Below, in pieces: positions 27,424 through 36,945 of a stretch of DNA of 64,000 nt. The DNA is taken from positions 62,001-126,000 of the forward strand of contig JACPAV010000003.1 of NCBI GenBank assembly GCA_016180645.1. Direction: 5' to 3'. Source of the DNA: Nitrospirota bacterium (lineage in GTDB: Bacteria > JACPQY01). Made by a program: the position numbers and the translations under genes. Within the stretch, counting starts at the first letter, position 1. Every line of letters begins with the position of its first letter. The notes beneath the pieces are model-generated. The model made no database searches and had not been told where the DNA came from. It saw nothing but the letters and a program-made list of their open reading frames with translations.

Positions 27424-28542
27424 ATGATCACCGCGGAATCAGGGCTGCAAATCGCGATCCTCCTCGCCGTACCCGCCTGTCTCACCTGGCTGGAGCCTAG
27501 AGTTAAGATCGTCAAGACTTTCAGCCCGGTGGTTCTTTGCTACGGGGCCGGGATTGTGCTCGCGAATCAGCCGTGGATGGCATTCGACCGGCCCGTTTCC
27601 CTCGGTCTGGGCCAGGTCGCCATCGCCTTCGCCATCCCACTCCTCCTTTTCTCCGCGGATCTTGTCGGATGGCTGAAGCTCGCCCGAACGACCGTTATCG
27701 CCTTCGGATTCGCCATCCTATCCGTGGGTGTGATCTCCGCCGCCGCTCATTTCGTTTTCTCGGACCGGGTGGCCGACAGTTGGAAAATCTCCGGAATGCT
27801 GGCCGGAGTCTACACCGGCGGAACCGTCAACATGGCAGCGATTGCCACGGCGTTGAAAATCCCCTCCGAAACCTTCATTCTGGTCAACGCATCGGACATC
27901 ATCGTGACCAGTTTCTATCTCCTGTTCCTGGTGACCCTTGCGGGGCGAGTCTTTGGAATGGTGCTCCGGCCATTCGCCTTCTCCACGGCGACGGGCGCGA
28001 CGGAAGAAACGGCTCGAGAACCTGCCCGTGTATGCCACCTGATCATGGGGGTGGCTCTCGCCTTGGCCGTCGTTGCCGGAGGGTGGGCCATCGGCCAACT
28101 CATCCCCCAGACCAGCCGTGAACCGGTCATGATCCTCGGCATTTCATCGCTCGCCGTAGTCGCATCCCTCATTCCGCGAGTTCGACGCCTCCCCGGAACA
28201 AATGCGACTGGGACGTTCGCCCTCCTGGTATTCTGCATCGCGCTCGGCAGCACGGTGGATATGAAGCAAGTGCTCTCCTCAAGCCCCGTGCTGCTCGTCT
28301 ACACGGCCTTCGTCGTCGCGGGTTCCGTACTCCTCCACTTGATTCTCTGTGCCGTTGCCCGGATAGATAGGGACACCATGATCATCACGTCCACCGCTGG
28401 AATTTACGGACCCGCCTTCATCCCGCCTATTGCCGCCGCCCTCGGAAACAAGGAGATCATTCTTTCCGGAATTGCGACCGGCCTTGTGGGCTACGCCGTG
28501 GCGAACTACTTCGGGCTTGGCCTGGCATGGATGCTCCGATGA
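27424..28542 (+). CDS. DUF819-family membrane protein
   Basis: GVYTGGTVNMAAI, ITSTAGIYGP, GLVGYAVANY. Confidence 0.8.
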   Translation: MITAESGLQIAILLAVPACLTWLEPRVKIVKTFSPVVLCYGAGIVLANQPWMAFDRPVSLGLGQVAIAFAIPLLLFSADLVGWLKLARTTVIAFGFAILSVGVISAAAHFVFSDRVADSWKISGMLAGVYTGGTVNMAAIATALKIPSETFILVNASDIIVTSFYLLFLVTLAGRVFGMVLRPFAFSTATGATEETAREPARVCHLIMGVALALAVVAGGWAIGQLIPQTSREPVMILGISSLAVVASLIPRVRRLPGTNATGTFALLVFCIALGSTVDMKQVLSSSPVLLVYTAFVVAGSVLLHLILCAVARIDRDTMIITSTAGIYGPAFIPPIAAALGNKEIILSGIATGLVGYAVANYFGLGLAWMLR

Positions 28543-29762
28543 GAGGGAGGTTCCCGCGCCTCCTGTTGCTCATCGGGTTCATCACGGCCACGGTGGCCGT
28601 GCAGCAAGCACGGGCCGGATTCACCGAAACGGCCCCGAAGGGCGTCTTCCTGATCGATGAGAGCATCAATTTTTCCCGCGTGGACTCGATGTTCGACAAT
28701 CGGGGACGCCCTCGCCCCCTTGCGGACGATCTCGTGCGGTACGAACCGGGCGGCGGCCTCCAGGGCGTGATCACGGTGGACGCGGTGTCACGGTACACCA
28801 TCCTCGTCAATCAATTGCACTACGGCCTCACGCCGTCCATGACCCTCGGTGTGGGCATCCCCGTGGTCGTCGAAACGACCATCGACCCGGGGCTCGGGTG
28901 GATCCCCGGCGACTACCAGCCCGGCCTCGGCCGCTCGTACAACGAACAGGATTTCTGGGAATGGGCCGCCAGCATGGGGCAGCCGCGGCCGGGAGCTATC
29001 ACCGGCAACAAAGGGGTGCTCGCGGACTCGTTTGTCGGCGTTCGCTATCGCTTCTCTGATCGTTTCCCGTGGTTTGCGGAGCGGTCGCTGGCCTCCAGCC
29101 TCACGGTTTTCGGCGCCATCCCTACGGGGCGCCCACCTGAACCCGAGGAAGTGGTCGCCTCCGGTACAACCGCCTGGGATCTTCACTTTCAGGGTGAATA
29201 CGGTACCCACCTCGCGGTAGATAAGAATTTCCCCGGATGGCTGGATGGACGATGGTCCTTCGGCGTGGATACCTTTTACGAAATGCTGATCCCTCATGAA
29301 TACACAACGCCCACCGGATCGGAAAATCCGCTCATCCTCACGCAATCGCCGTATGCAGGGGCGACGTACGTCCTCGACCCCGGGGATTTTCTAGGGCTCT
29401 CGCTCCAAACCGAGTTCGTAGCATGGCGGGGGGCCCCCAGGGCAACGTGGCTGAACAGACGGGACCCGGCCGCGGCCGACCGCTTTCCGCCCATCCTGCA
29501 ACTGGGAATGAGGTACACGTTCAACGCCTTGGGCCAATCCGATTGGCAATCCGATTCCGAAATCTGGGAATGGGATCGGGAGAAACTCTGGCGACCCGGT
29601 TACAAGAATATCCTGACCCCCCAGATCACCCTGAGCCTGCTTCGCGTGGGAATCCCCCTCCAAGCGTACGCGTACTACAGAAACATCACATGGATCCCGG
29701 GGAAGAATTCGCGCGCCGTCGACACCTTCATCTTCGGAGCCCGCGTCCCGCTCAAGTTTTGA
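28539..29762 (+). CDS. Exported protein, possible outer-membrane beta-barrel
   Basis: Signal peptide (ARA), amphipathic strands, C-terminal Phe. Confidence 0.6.
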   Translation: MRGRFPRLLLLIGFITATVAVQQARAGFTETAPKGVFLIDESINFSRVDSMFDNRGRPRPLADDLVRYEPGGGLQGVITVDAVSRYTILVNQLHYGLTPSMTLGVGIPVVVETTIDPGLGWIPGDYQPGLGRSYNEQDFWEWAASMGQPRPGAITGNKGVLADSFVGVRYRFSDRFPWFAERSLASSLTVFGAIPTGRPPEPEEVVASGTTAWDLHFQGEYGTHLAVDKNFPGWLDGRWSFGVDTFYEMLIPHEYTTPTGSENPLILTQSPYAGATYVLDPGDFLGLSLQTEFVAWRGAPRATWLNRRDPAAADRFPPILQLGMRYTFNALGQSDWQSDSEIWEWDREKLWRPGYKNILTPQITLSLLRVGIPLQAYAYYRNITWIPGKNSRAVDTFIFGARVPLKF

Positions 29763-29763
29763 C

Positions 29764-32322
29764 ATGCGCCTCCCGTTCATCTCCTCCATGTCACGACCTA
29801 CGGCTTGCGGCTTACGGCTCACGACTCACGGCTCACGACTCACGATTTACGGCTTGCTACTCACTCTCACAACGTTTTCCTGCGGTGCCACCTCCTACCT
29901 TTGGTACCGCTTGGCCCCCGACTACCCGCGAGACCGATCCGAAACCCTGGCCATCGAAGGACTATCCGACCCGGTGGAAATCTATCTCGACGCCTATGGC
30001 ATCCCCCATATTGAAGCGAAGAACGAGCCGGACCTTGTCCGGGCCACCGGCTTCATGCAGGCGCGGAATCGGTTCTTCCAAATGGACGTGCTGCGCCGAA
30101 TCGCCCGAGGCCGGCTCTCGGAACTCGTGGGCGAACAGAAACTCTTTTCCGGGACCACCGTTGAATTCGATCGCACCATGCGAAGCTGGGGCCTCGAAGA
30201 GGCGGCCCTCGCCGAAAACGGTACCATGACCCCCGAGACGAAGGCGATTCTGGAAGTGTTTGCACAAGGCGTGAACGCAGGACTGAAACGCCATCCCCCC
30301 ATCGAGTACCGCATGCTCCGTGTAGAACCGGAACCCTGGACCACGGTCGACTCCCTCGCACTCGGCTATTTCAACGGGTGGACCGTTTCACACAACTGGC
30401 ACCAGGAAACATCGAGGCTCCTCCTGGCCCTTCACGGCGGCATCGATCGGGCGGAGAAGATCTACGGATCTTCACCCTGGAGCAGCGGATACTCGCTCCC
30501 CACCTCCGGTCCACCGCGTCCACTTCCCCCGGCCATCGTGGATGGGGTTCGTCAGATCTTTCCATCCCGCCCGTTTTCATCCCATGGACATGCGCCAGAG
30601 CATGCCGCAAACAGGTTCGATCTGTCCACCGTTTTCCCCTCCGCCGCAAGCAACTCCTGGGTTGTTTCCGGCAATCGGTCCTTTTCCGGCAAACCCATCG
30701 TGGCCAATGACCCCCATCTCGTTCACCTCCTCCCCTCCATTCTGTTTCAGCAGCACCTCACGTGCCCGGGGCTGGATGTCATCGGCGCAACGCTCCCTGG
30801 AGTTCCGTACGTGCTCACCGGACACAATCGGAACGTCGCCTGGGGAACGACATCTTCAGTGGCGGATGTGATCGATCTCTACATCGAGCGCACGGTGCCG
30901 GGCGACCCCGCGCAAGTGGAGGGGCCGGCCGGCAATTATGCGTTGACCCGGCAGGACATCGACATTCGAGTTCGCCGGGGGTCGAAACTGGAATCACGTC
31001 GATTCATCCTGCGGAAAACACGCAACGGCCCCCTCCTGAATGACGTGTATCCGGGTCTCCTGCCCGAGTGGGCTCCTCCGGTATCCATCCACTGGGACCT
31101 TTCCGGCACCTCCGCGGGGCTGGATGCCCTCCGGGGGGCCAATCGGGCAACCACGGTGGCAGACCTTTATGCCGCCCTCCTGGGGTTCCCGTCGCCCCCT
31201 CAGGCTTGGAGCACCGCGGACCGCGAAGGCCGGATTGCCTTTTTCACGACGGGACGAATTCCCATCCGGCCCCACCACTTGGGCACTTTCCCCGTGCCGG
31301 GCTGGACCGATCGCTATTCATCGTCGGGCGCCCTCAGCGGTGAGTCGATGCCGTTCGGCATGGATTCACCCGAAGGCTTCTTCGCGCACGGCAACAACCT
31401 CGTTCAAGATCCGCTGCGCACGGATGGCTTCCTTCAAATCGACAGCGCCCCATCTTATCGCGCTGAGCGGATCTCGGAGTTGATTCGGCAAACGCCACGG
31501 CACGACCGAGCTTCCTTTGCCGCCATTCATTCGGACGTCTACCTTATACGGGCCAAGCGGCTTCTTCCCCACTTTCTTGCCGACCTCGATGCGCTCCGTG
31601 GAGAGAGCACGATGGCAACCGCCGCTGTGGATCTTCTTCATCAATGGGACCTCCGGGCAACCACCGATTCGTCCGCCACCACCATTTTCTTCGTGACCTA
31701 CCGCGAGGCCATCATCGAAGCGCTTGGCGACGAGGTGGACGAGCGCGGGCTGGAGTTCATCCTCTCCCAACGCTATTCCACCAATGTCACCGATGAATGG
31801 GTCGAAAATCCCGACCACGTGGTGTGGGACCACCGCGGCACTCCTAAGATCGAACACAGGGCCGAGGTAATCCGTGCCGCATTCCGCCGCGCGCTGCTCG
31901 ATCTTTCCAGGAGCCAGGGAAGGGACCCGGCGACATGGCGATGGGGTCGCCTCCACGATCTCAACACCAAACATCTTTTTGGATCGAAAAGACTTCTTGC
32001 CGGTTTCTTCAACCTTCCCCGCGAGGAAGCTCCCGGCGCCCTCGATTCCGTCTGGAAAGCCCATTTCGACCTGGGCCAACCTGAGACTCCGTTCCGAGAC
32101 ATGGCCGGCCCGGCCTATCGAATGATCGTCGATCTCGCGGACATGGACCATGCGTCATGGGTAGTGGACACGGGCGCTTCCGGCTGGCCCGGCTCGCCCC
32201 ATTATGGCGACCAACGGCCCCGCTGGCTCAAGGGGGAGTACCTCCCCATGATGGCGAACTGGGTGGAGATCCGATCCTCCGCCACCGCCAGGCTCAGCTT
32301 GCGGCCCGGCGACTCCCGATGA
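29764..32322 (+). CDS. Penicillin acylase family Ntn-hydrolase
   Basis: DAYGIPHI, RFFQMD, catalytic SNSWVV, ANDPHL, GHNRNVAWG, SPHYGDQ. Confidence 0.93.
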   Translation: MRLPFISSMSRPTACGLRLTTHGSRLTIYGLLLTLTTFSCGATSYLWYRLAPDYPRDRSETLAIEGLSDPVEIYLDAYGIPHIEAKNEPDLVRATGFMQARNRFFQMDVLRRIARGRLSELVGEQKLFSGTTVEFDRTMRSWGLEEAALAENGTMTPETKAILEVFAQGVNAGLKRHPPIEYRMLRVEPEPWTTVDSLALGYFNGWTVSHNWHQETSRLLLALHGGIDRAEKIYGSSPWSSGYSLPTSGPPRPLPPAIVDGVRQIFPSRPFSSHGHAPEHAANRFDLSTVFPSAASNSWVVSGNRSFSGKPIVANDPHLVHLLPSILFQQHLTCPGLDVIGATLPGVPYVLTGHNRNVAWGTTSSVADVIDLYIERTVPGDPAQVEGPAGNYALTRQDIDIRVRRGSKLESRRFILRKTRNGPLLNDVYPGLLPEWAPPVSIHWDLSGTSAGLDALRGANRATTVADLYAALLGFPSPPQAWSTADREGRIAFFTTGRIPIRPHHLGTFPVPGWTDRYSSSGALSGESMPFGMDSPEGFFAHGNNLVQDPLRTDGFLQIDSAPSYRAERISELIRQTPRHDRASFAAIHSDVYLIRAKRLLPHFLADLDALRGESTMATAAVDLLHQWDLRATTDSSATTIFFVTYREAIIEALGDEVDERGLEFILSQRYSTNVTDEWVENPDHVVWDHRGTPKIEHRAEVIRAAFRRALLDLSRSQGRDPATWRWGRLHDLNTKHLFGSKRLLAGFFNLPREEAPGALDSVWKAHFDLGQPETPFRDMAGPAYRMIVDLADMDHASWVVDTGASGWPGSPHYGDQRPRWLKGEYLPMMANWVEIRSSATARLSLRPGDSR
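29790..29859 (+). repeat. About 10 degenerate tandem heptamers (CTCACGA/CTTACGG type)
   Basis: gtcacga cctacgg cttgcgg cttacgg ctcacga ctcacgg ctcacga ctcacga tttacgg cttgcta. Confidence 0.8.
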
Positions 32323-33119
32323 GTTCTCCCGAGTCGTTCTTTGTCCCGCAAGGGCCGCGATTCGTCGCCACGGAACTCACCCGCGGGCCGTGGAGCCCCG
32401 ATCACCAACACGGGGGACCGAGCTCGGCACTACTCGCGCGCGCGATCGAGAGGCTGCCGTCGGATGGTCCAGTCTTCCAAGTAGCCCGCATGACGGTCGA
32501 GTTTCTGCGTCCGATTCCCATAGCCGAATTCGAGCTCCGGACGGAAATCGTCCGCTCAGGGAAGAAGACCCGAATCGTCACGGCTTGGCTGGAAACGAGC
32601 GGCAAGCGCATCGTCCAGGCCACGGGACTCTGCATCCGGCGGGCTGACGTCCCCGTGCCTGCCGTGCCCGTGCCGGCCGTGGAGCCTCCCATTCCGTCGC
32701 CCGAAGAATCCGCCGTGTTCCAATTCCCGTTCTTCATGGATTCCGTTGGATATCACACCGCGATGGAAGGACGACTCGCGCGCGGGGTCTATGGTCAGGG
32801 CCCCACCAGTATGTGGATGCGGATGCGAGTCCCGGTGGTCCCGGGAGAAACGCCGTCTCCCGTTCAGCGCGTCATGGCCGCAGCTGATTCCGGCAATGGC
32901 GTGAGCGTGGTGCTGGATGTCTTCAAATACACCTTCATCAATCCGGATCTGACCGTCTATCTTCATCGGCCCATGGAGGGCGAGTGGGTTTGTCTGGATG
33001 CCGCCACCATCCCCGAGTCCAAAGGCGTCGGCCTCGCCGATACGCGCCTGCACGACTCCCGCGGCCCCATCGGCCGCTCCGTCCAGAGCCTCATCCTTGA
33101 GCGGCGGCCAGGCGGATGA
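32319..33119 (+). CDS. Thioesterase family protein (double hotdog)
   Basis: GPWSPDHQHGGP, FINPDLTVYLHR, GPIGRSVQSL; ATGA overlap. Confidence 0.88.
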   Translation: MSSPESFFVPQGPRFVATELTRGPWSPDHQHGGPSSALLARAIERLPSDGPVFQVARMTVEFLRPIPIAEFELRTEIVRSGKKTRIVTAWLETSGKRIVQATGLCIRRADVPVPAVPVPAVEPPIPSPEESAVFQFPFFMDSVGYHTAMEGRLARGVYGQGPTSMWMRMRVPVVPGETPSPVQRVMAAADSGNGVSVVLDVFKYTFINPDLTVYLHRPMEGEWVCLDAATIPESKGVGLADTRLHDSRGPIGRSVQSLILERRPGG

Positions 33120-33221
33120 AATCGTCAGGTGTCTCTCAGTCCTGATTCCCCGCCAGTGCGAAGTCGTGCCGCTGTACACCTACCCGCGAAAAAATGTACA
33201 ATTGACTGCAAAGGAGGACCA

Positions 33222-33434
33222 TTGGAGCCAAAAGCGGAGGATCCACTAGATCTGACTTCTGTCTTGCGTGAGGAGCACAGTGGCAAATGGGTCGCTCTGA
33301 CGCGCGACTACTCGCGTGTTGTTGCATCAGGAGAAAGCATGGCCGAGGTTTCTCACAAGGCTGAAGGCCAGGATTTCGTGATGATGCTGGTACCGGACTT
33401 TGACCGCGCCTTCGCACCTCAATCTCAAGTTTAG
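33222..33434 (+). CDS. Small DUF5678-like protein
   Basis: AAGGAGG RBS then TTG; HSGKWVAL...VVASGES. Confidence 0.7.
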   Translation: MEPKAEDPLDLTSVLREEHSGKWVALTRDYSRVVASGESMAEVSHKAEGQDFVMMLVPDFDRAFAPQSQV

Positions 33435-33846
33435 GTACTGCAAAGTACCGTGCAACCCGTCCAAAGCGCACCCCACGAGGACATTTATTTGGATGCCGCT
33501 GGTCGAGATCAAGCTTCGTAGGGGCAAGCTCCAAACGGCACCATTCAGGGCACTCGTGGATACAGGCGCAGACTACTGCCTTTTTCCCACCGATGCGGCG
33601 GTCGCTATTGGAATTGATCCTGTGGAGAACGAACGGGAGGTGCCCATCGGCGGAATTGCCGGCCAAGTAAAGGCCAATTTCCACTCCGCGAGCATCGTGC
33701 TGGGCGGCCATGAGATTCCGTGTGACGTCGGATTCGCCCAGCAGCCGTTCAATACATGTTTGCTCGGCCGCGAGGGTTTTCTGAACAATTTCGCAGTGAC
33801 CTTCGACGCCATCAGAAACGAAATCACTTTCAAGTCCAGAAGCTGA
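33400..33846 (+). CDS. Retropepsin-like aspartyl protease
   Basis: ALVDTGAD catalytic motif, IGGIAG flap, LLGREGFL. Confidence 0.85.
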   Translation: MTAPSHLNLKFRYCKVPCNPSKAHPTRTFIWMPLVEIKLRRGKLQTAPFRALVDTGADYCLFPTDAAVAIGIDPVENEREVPIGGIAGQVKANFHSASIVLGGHEIPCDVGFAQQPFNTCLLGREGFLNNFAVTFDAIRNEITFKSRS

Positions 33847-33851
33847 CGAAT

Positions 33852-33874
33852 GGCCCCATCGGCCGCTCGGTCCA
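33852..33874 (+). repeat. Direct-repeat copy of the thioesterase 3' segment 33063-33085
   Basis: GGCCCCATCGGCCGCTC[C/G]GTCCA, 22 of 23 positions identical. Confidence 0.8.
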
Positions 33875-34352
33875 ACGTTCAGGATCGTTGCGGAACCTTG
33901 ACGAGTCGTCCCCCTTCACCTTCGCCCGGGGAATCCGTCATTCACCTCCCGTCTGGCCATGCCTCCTGAGAAGAGTGATTGGCGTCATGTTGCCATCCTA
34001 CGGGCAATCACGCTCCGTGAGGGTTCGGCCAAATGTTTTGCATGGCGACGACTTGCCCCTCAACCAGAACGGGCAGGACCAAAGTCGAAAGTCCTGATCC
34101 TACAGCCTTGTCGCGCGATATCGGCGGTGCCATAATAGGTAAGGTTGTGAACGGCAAGATGACCGGTGAAATCTTTCTGGAGAATACTGAAAGCAACCTT
34201 TCCAAGCCGACGTGTACGCCCTCCTACTCAAGTTCCAAAGTCCGTAGATTGAAATGCGCTTCAACTTGATGATTCCTCGCGGCTTGCCGCGGGGAGGTTC
34301 ATTTGTTTCGTGAAGGTTCCATCGCGAAGATAGACTCGCAGATATTGGGGAG

Positions 34353-36062
34353 ATGAGCCGCACCAAGCGTGTCCTCGCAATTCTCTCCGTTGTTCCTATC
34401 CTGAATTGCGAAGGAGATAAAGATTCGCTGGAGGCTCCGTCTCCAGATGTGTCGACAAGCATTCGTGAGCTGGCGGCATTCCCATCCGAAGATGCGCTCT
34501 ACTCCCGATATCCCGACCGCAAGAGAGGCAGGTGCAGGCCGATGGACGGGCCAGCCTCGGCCGCGGCCATTGAGTTGACGTTCAGAAGCTCACACGAGAT
34601 ACGCTTGGAAGAGGAATTGGCTGGCCAAATTGAATGCGCAACCAATCTCGTGAAGGATCTATTTCCCGAGTTTCGTAGTGCCAAGCCGCTTATTCGGTTT
34701 CAGCCTAGCGAAATCCTGCTCCGGTTGAAATCGGGATTCGGCCCGATGCTCGACAACGGTACGGTTGCTGAGCCGGCCTCGGCGCTTGGACAATTCTTAT
34801 CAACGCTTCCGGTCAAGCAATCACGACAACTTCCGATCTCATCCAATCTTTTCATGCTCGAGTTCAACGAGCCACTGAACGGCTACGAGCTCGCCAAACA
34901 GCTTAGATCGTTGCAAGAAGTTTCAGACGCCTCACCCAACTTCCTGGTGCTGAACGGCCCGGACCTTGGGATCGGCCACAAGGGCAATCACTACTACGTT
35001 GTGGTCAAGACGTGCTCGCAAGACGGCCGCATTCAGTGTTCCAGTGAAATGTTCACGTACTTCGTCGTTAATGAAGCCATGACGGAAGTGGTTCGAGTCG
35101 GACATCTGGGGAGCATAGAGCGGCCGCTGGTCCCGCTCTGGAACATCCCCCCTGCATACCCTGCCACCGCGTTCAAGGATGCCGACCAGTTGTTTGAGAC
35201 GCTTCAGTCCTCCCCGTTCTGGTGGGTGCGTCTTCATGCCGCTGAGGTGGTCGGCCAACTTCTTGTTCTTGATTCGCCGAGCACCGCCGTAGATTGGGAC
35301 CGGCAATCCGGACAACATACCGCGTACGATTCGCTTCGGGCCCAAGTGCTCGCAAGGCAGCCGCAAGCTCTATCCATTCTGAGCTCCGCGGCAGAGGACT
35401 CGGACGAGGATGCTCAGAAGAGCGCAAGAACGTGGCTTGGCGAGATGGATATTACTCAAAATCAAGATTGGCGTGAGGTGGTCGATTTGGGCTTCAGGTC
35501 CCTCGGCCAAATTGCTCTGGCGCGAGCATTCAGGGGTTCCGGGAAGGGCAAAACCGCCACCGGTGCATATGAGATCAGGGTAACGAAAGACCGTTTTCTG
35601 GGAGATTGCCCGGCCGAAACCCTCTTGGCCACAGACTTCCAGATCAACCTTGGGCTGTCGCTAGAGGAAGCCGAACTGTACGTACGAAAGAGATTGGAAG
35701 GCTGCTCGGGAGATTGCGGGAGTGGTTCCCTTGAGATTGTGCAGCAAGGGGGTCAAATAATACTGAAAGCGGTTGCGGATGATGATGAAGATGCCTATGG
35801 CGGCGTGGAGGCGAACGGCACATTTTTCGTAACCATTCCCGACCACGTGGAATTTGATTCCCCTGCGAATTCGCACATCACCCAATGGCGCGGTGAGATC
35901 GCAGATGGCCGGATCAAGGGAAGCGCCCGATCCCGGCTACATCGCGATCTCGAACACGCATTTATAGAGCAATGTGATCGCACTCAGGGGGTGTGCATCG
36001 CCAAGCTCCTTCCACCGATTGATTGCACGGCTCTGGTTGAATTCGAGGGCAAGGTGAAGTGA
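34353..36062 (+). CDS. Hypothetical lipoprotein, paralog of 36946-38691
   Basis: Signal peptide ending ILNC; collinear blocks shared with the downstream paralog. Confidence 0.75.
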   Translation: MSRTKRVLAILSVVPILNCEGDKDSLEAPSPDVSTSIRELAAFPSEDALYSRYPDRKRGRCRPMDGPASAAAIELTFRSSHEIRLEEELAGQIECATNLVKDLFPEFRSAKPLIRFQPSEILLRLKSGFGPMLDNGTVAEPASALGQFLSTLPVKQSRQLPISSNLFMLEFNEPLNGYELAKQLRSLQEVSDASPNFLVLNGPDLGIGHKGNHYYVVVKTCSQDGRIQCSSEMFTYFVVNEAMTEVVRVGHLGSIERPLVPLWNIPPAYPATAFKDADQLFETLQSSPFWWVRLHAAEVVGQLLVLDSPSTAVDWDRQSGQHTAYDSLRAQVLARQPQALSILSSAAEDSDEDAQKSARTWLGEMDITQNQDWREVVDLGFRSLGQIALARAFRGSGKGKTATGAYEIRVTKDRFLGDCPAETLLATDFQINLGLSLEEAELYVRKRLEGCSGDCGSGSLEIVQQGGQIILKAVADDDEDAYGGVEANGTFFVTIPDHVEFDSPANSHITQWRGEIADGRIKGSARSRLHRDLEHAFIEQCDRTQGVCIAKLLPPIDCTALVEFEGKVK

Positions 36063-36120
36063 GCGCTTACTCAAATCGAAACAGAGATTCCCAGCCTCTA
36101 CCAAGGAGCAGCATCGCTCT

Positions 36121-36603
36121 TCACTCATAGGTAAACTCTCGTTCTGAGTATTGAGCAGCGGAGCCTTCCTCGGAAGCGGGCCGGAACATGGTCCACTGCC
36201 TGTATCTTTCTCCTGCCACCAAAACGGTTTCATCGACTGTAGACCCACGAGGACTGTCCTGTACACAACCGCTGGGAACCATCCCGAACCGTAACCGTGT
36301 GCCTGGATCGGTCGAATAAGGTTCAGACGGACAGAGAAAGTGCCAGACCTTCACCGGGTAAATTGTGGATAGTTTGCCAGACTGCTGGGTGACGAGTCTG
36401 CTCATTCCCAACTCTGTGACCTTGTAGCGACTGCTGAACACGAAGAAGAGTGCACCGACTTTGTCTACTACTATTTTCTCTGGTACGGAACGAGTGTTCT
36501 CCTCCCCACAGCCGCCGTAGATAAGGCTCGCGACCCAAGAAGCGAGCAGACAACACAGGCAAATAGCCCGTCCCGCTCGAGACCTCAAGGCTCGCGACCC
36601 CAC
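36121..36603 (-). CDS. Hypothetical lipoprotein
   Basis: Hydrophobic leader ending YGGC. Confidence 0.55.
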   Translation of the reverse strand: MGSRALRSRAGRAICLCCLLASWVASLIYGGCGEENTRSVPEKIVVDKVGALFFVFSSRYKVTELGMSRLVTQQSGKLSTIYPVKVWHFLCPSEPYSTDPGTRLRFGMVPSGCVQDSPRGSTVDETVLVAGERYRQWTMFRPASEEGSAAQYSEREFTYE

Positions 36604-36945
36604 TCTTTGATCGGCGTCAGATGTGGAGGATTCGGGCGGGGTTGATTGTGGACTCCAAGGGGCCAGCTACGGGCCCGTGTGCCAGGACCTCCTTTGCTGC
36701 CCATGGGAGAATACTCTACCTGGGCGATCATGGATGGTCAACACTTACACCAGCCATCGCCCGGTAGCGATTGGGGGCAAGTCGGCAGCAATGCTTGATT
36801 TGGGCCTCGCGGCCGCTGGTACCGCTGCGTGCGATTTCACCGGCCCCTTCCGGCCCGCACCGTCACGTGGCCTGTGCCTTGGCTGTCCGAGCGCAGTGAT
36901 GAGGATAACCCTTCCACACTTACCCGCTGGAGAATAGATAGAAAT

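Noticed and set aside
29790-29859. CRISPR array or DGR repeat
   Set aside because: Only 7-nt units with no spacers; no cas or reverse transcriptase gene in the window.
36623-36937. 104-aa Cys-rich ORF between the lipoproteins
   Set aside because: No RBS, motif or similarity that I can support.
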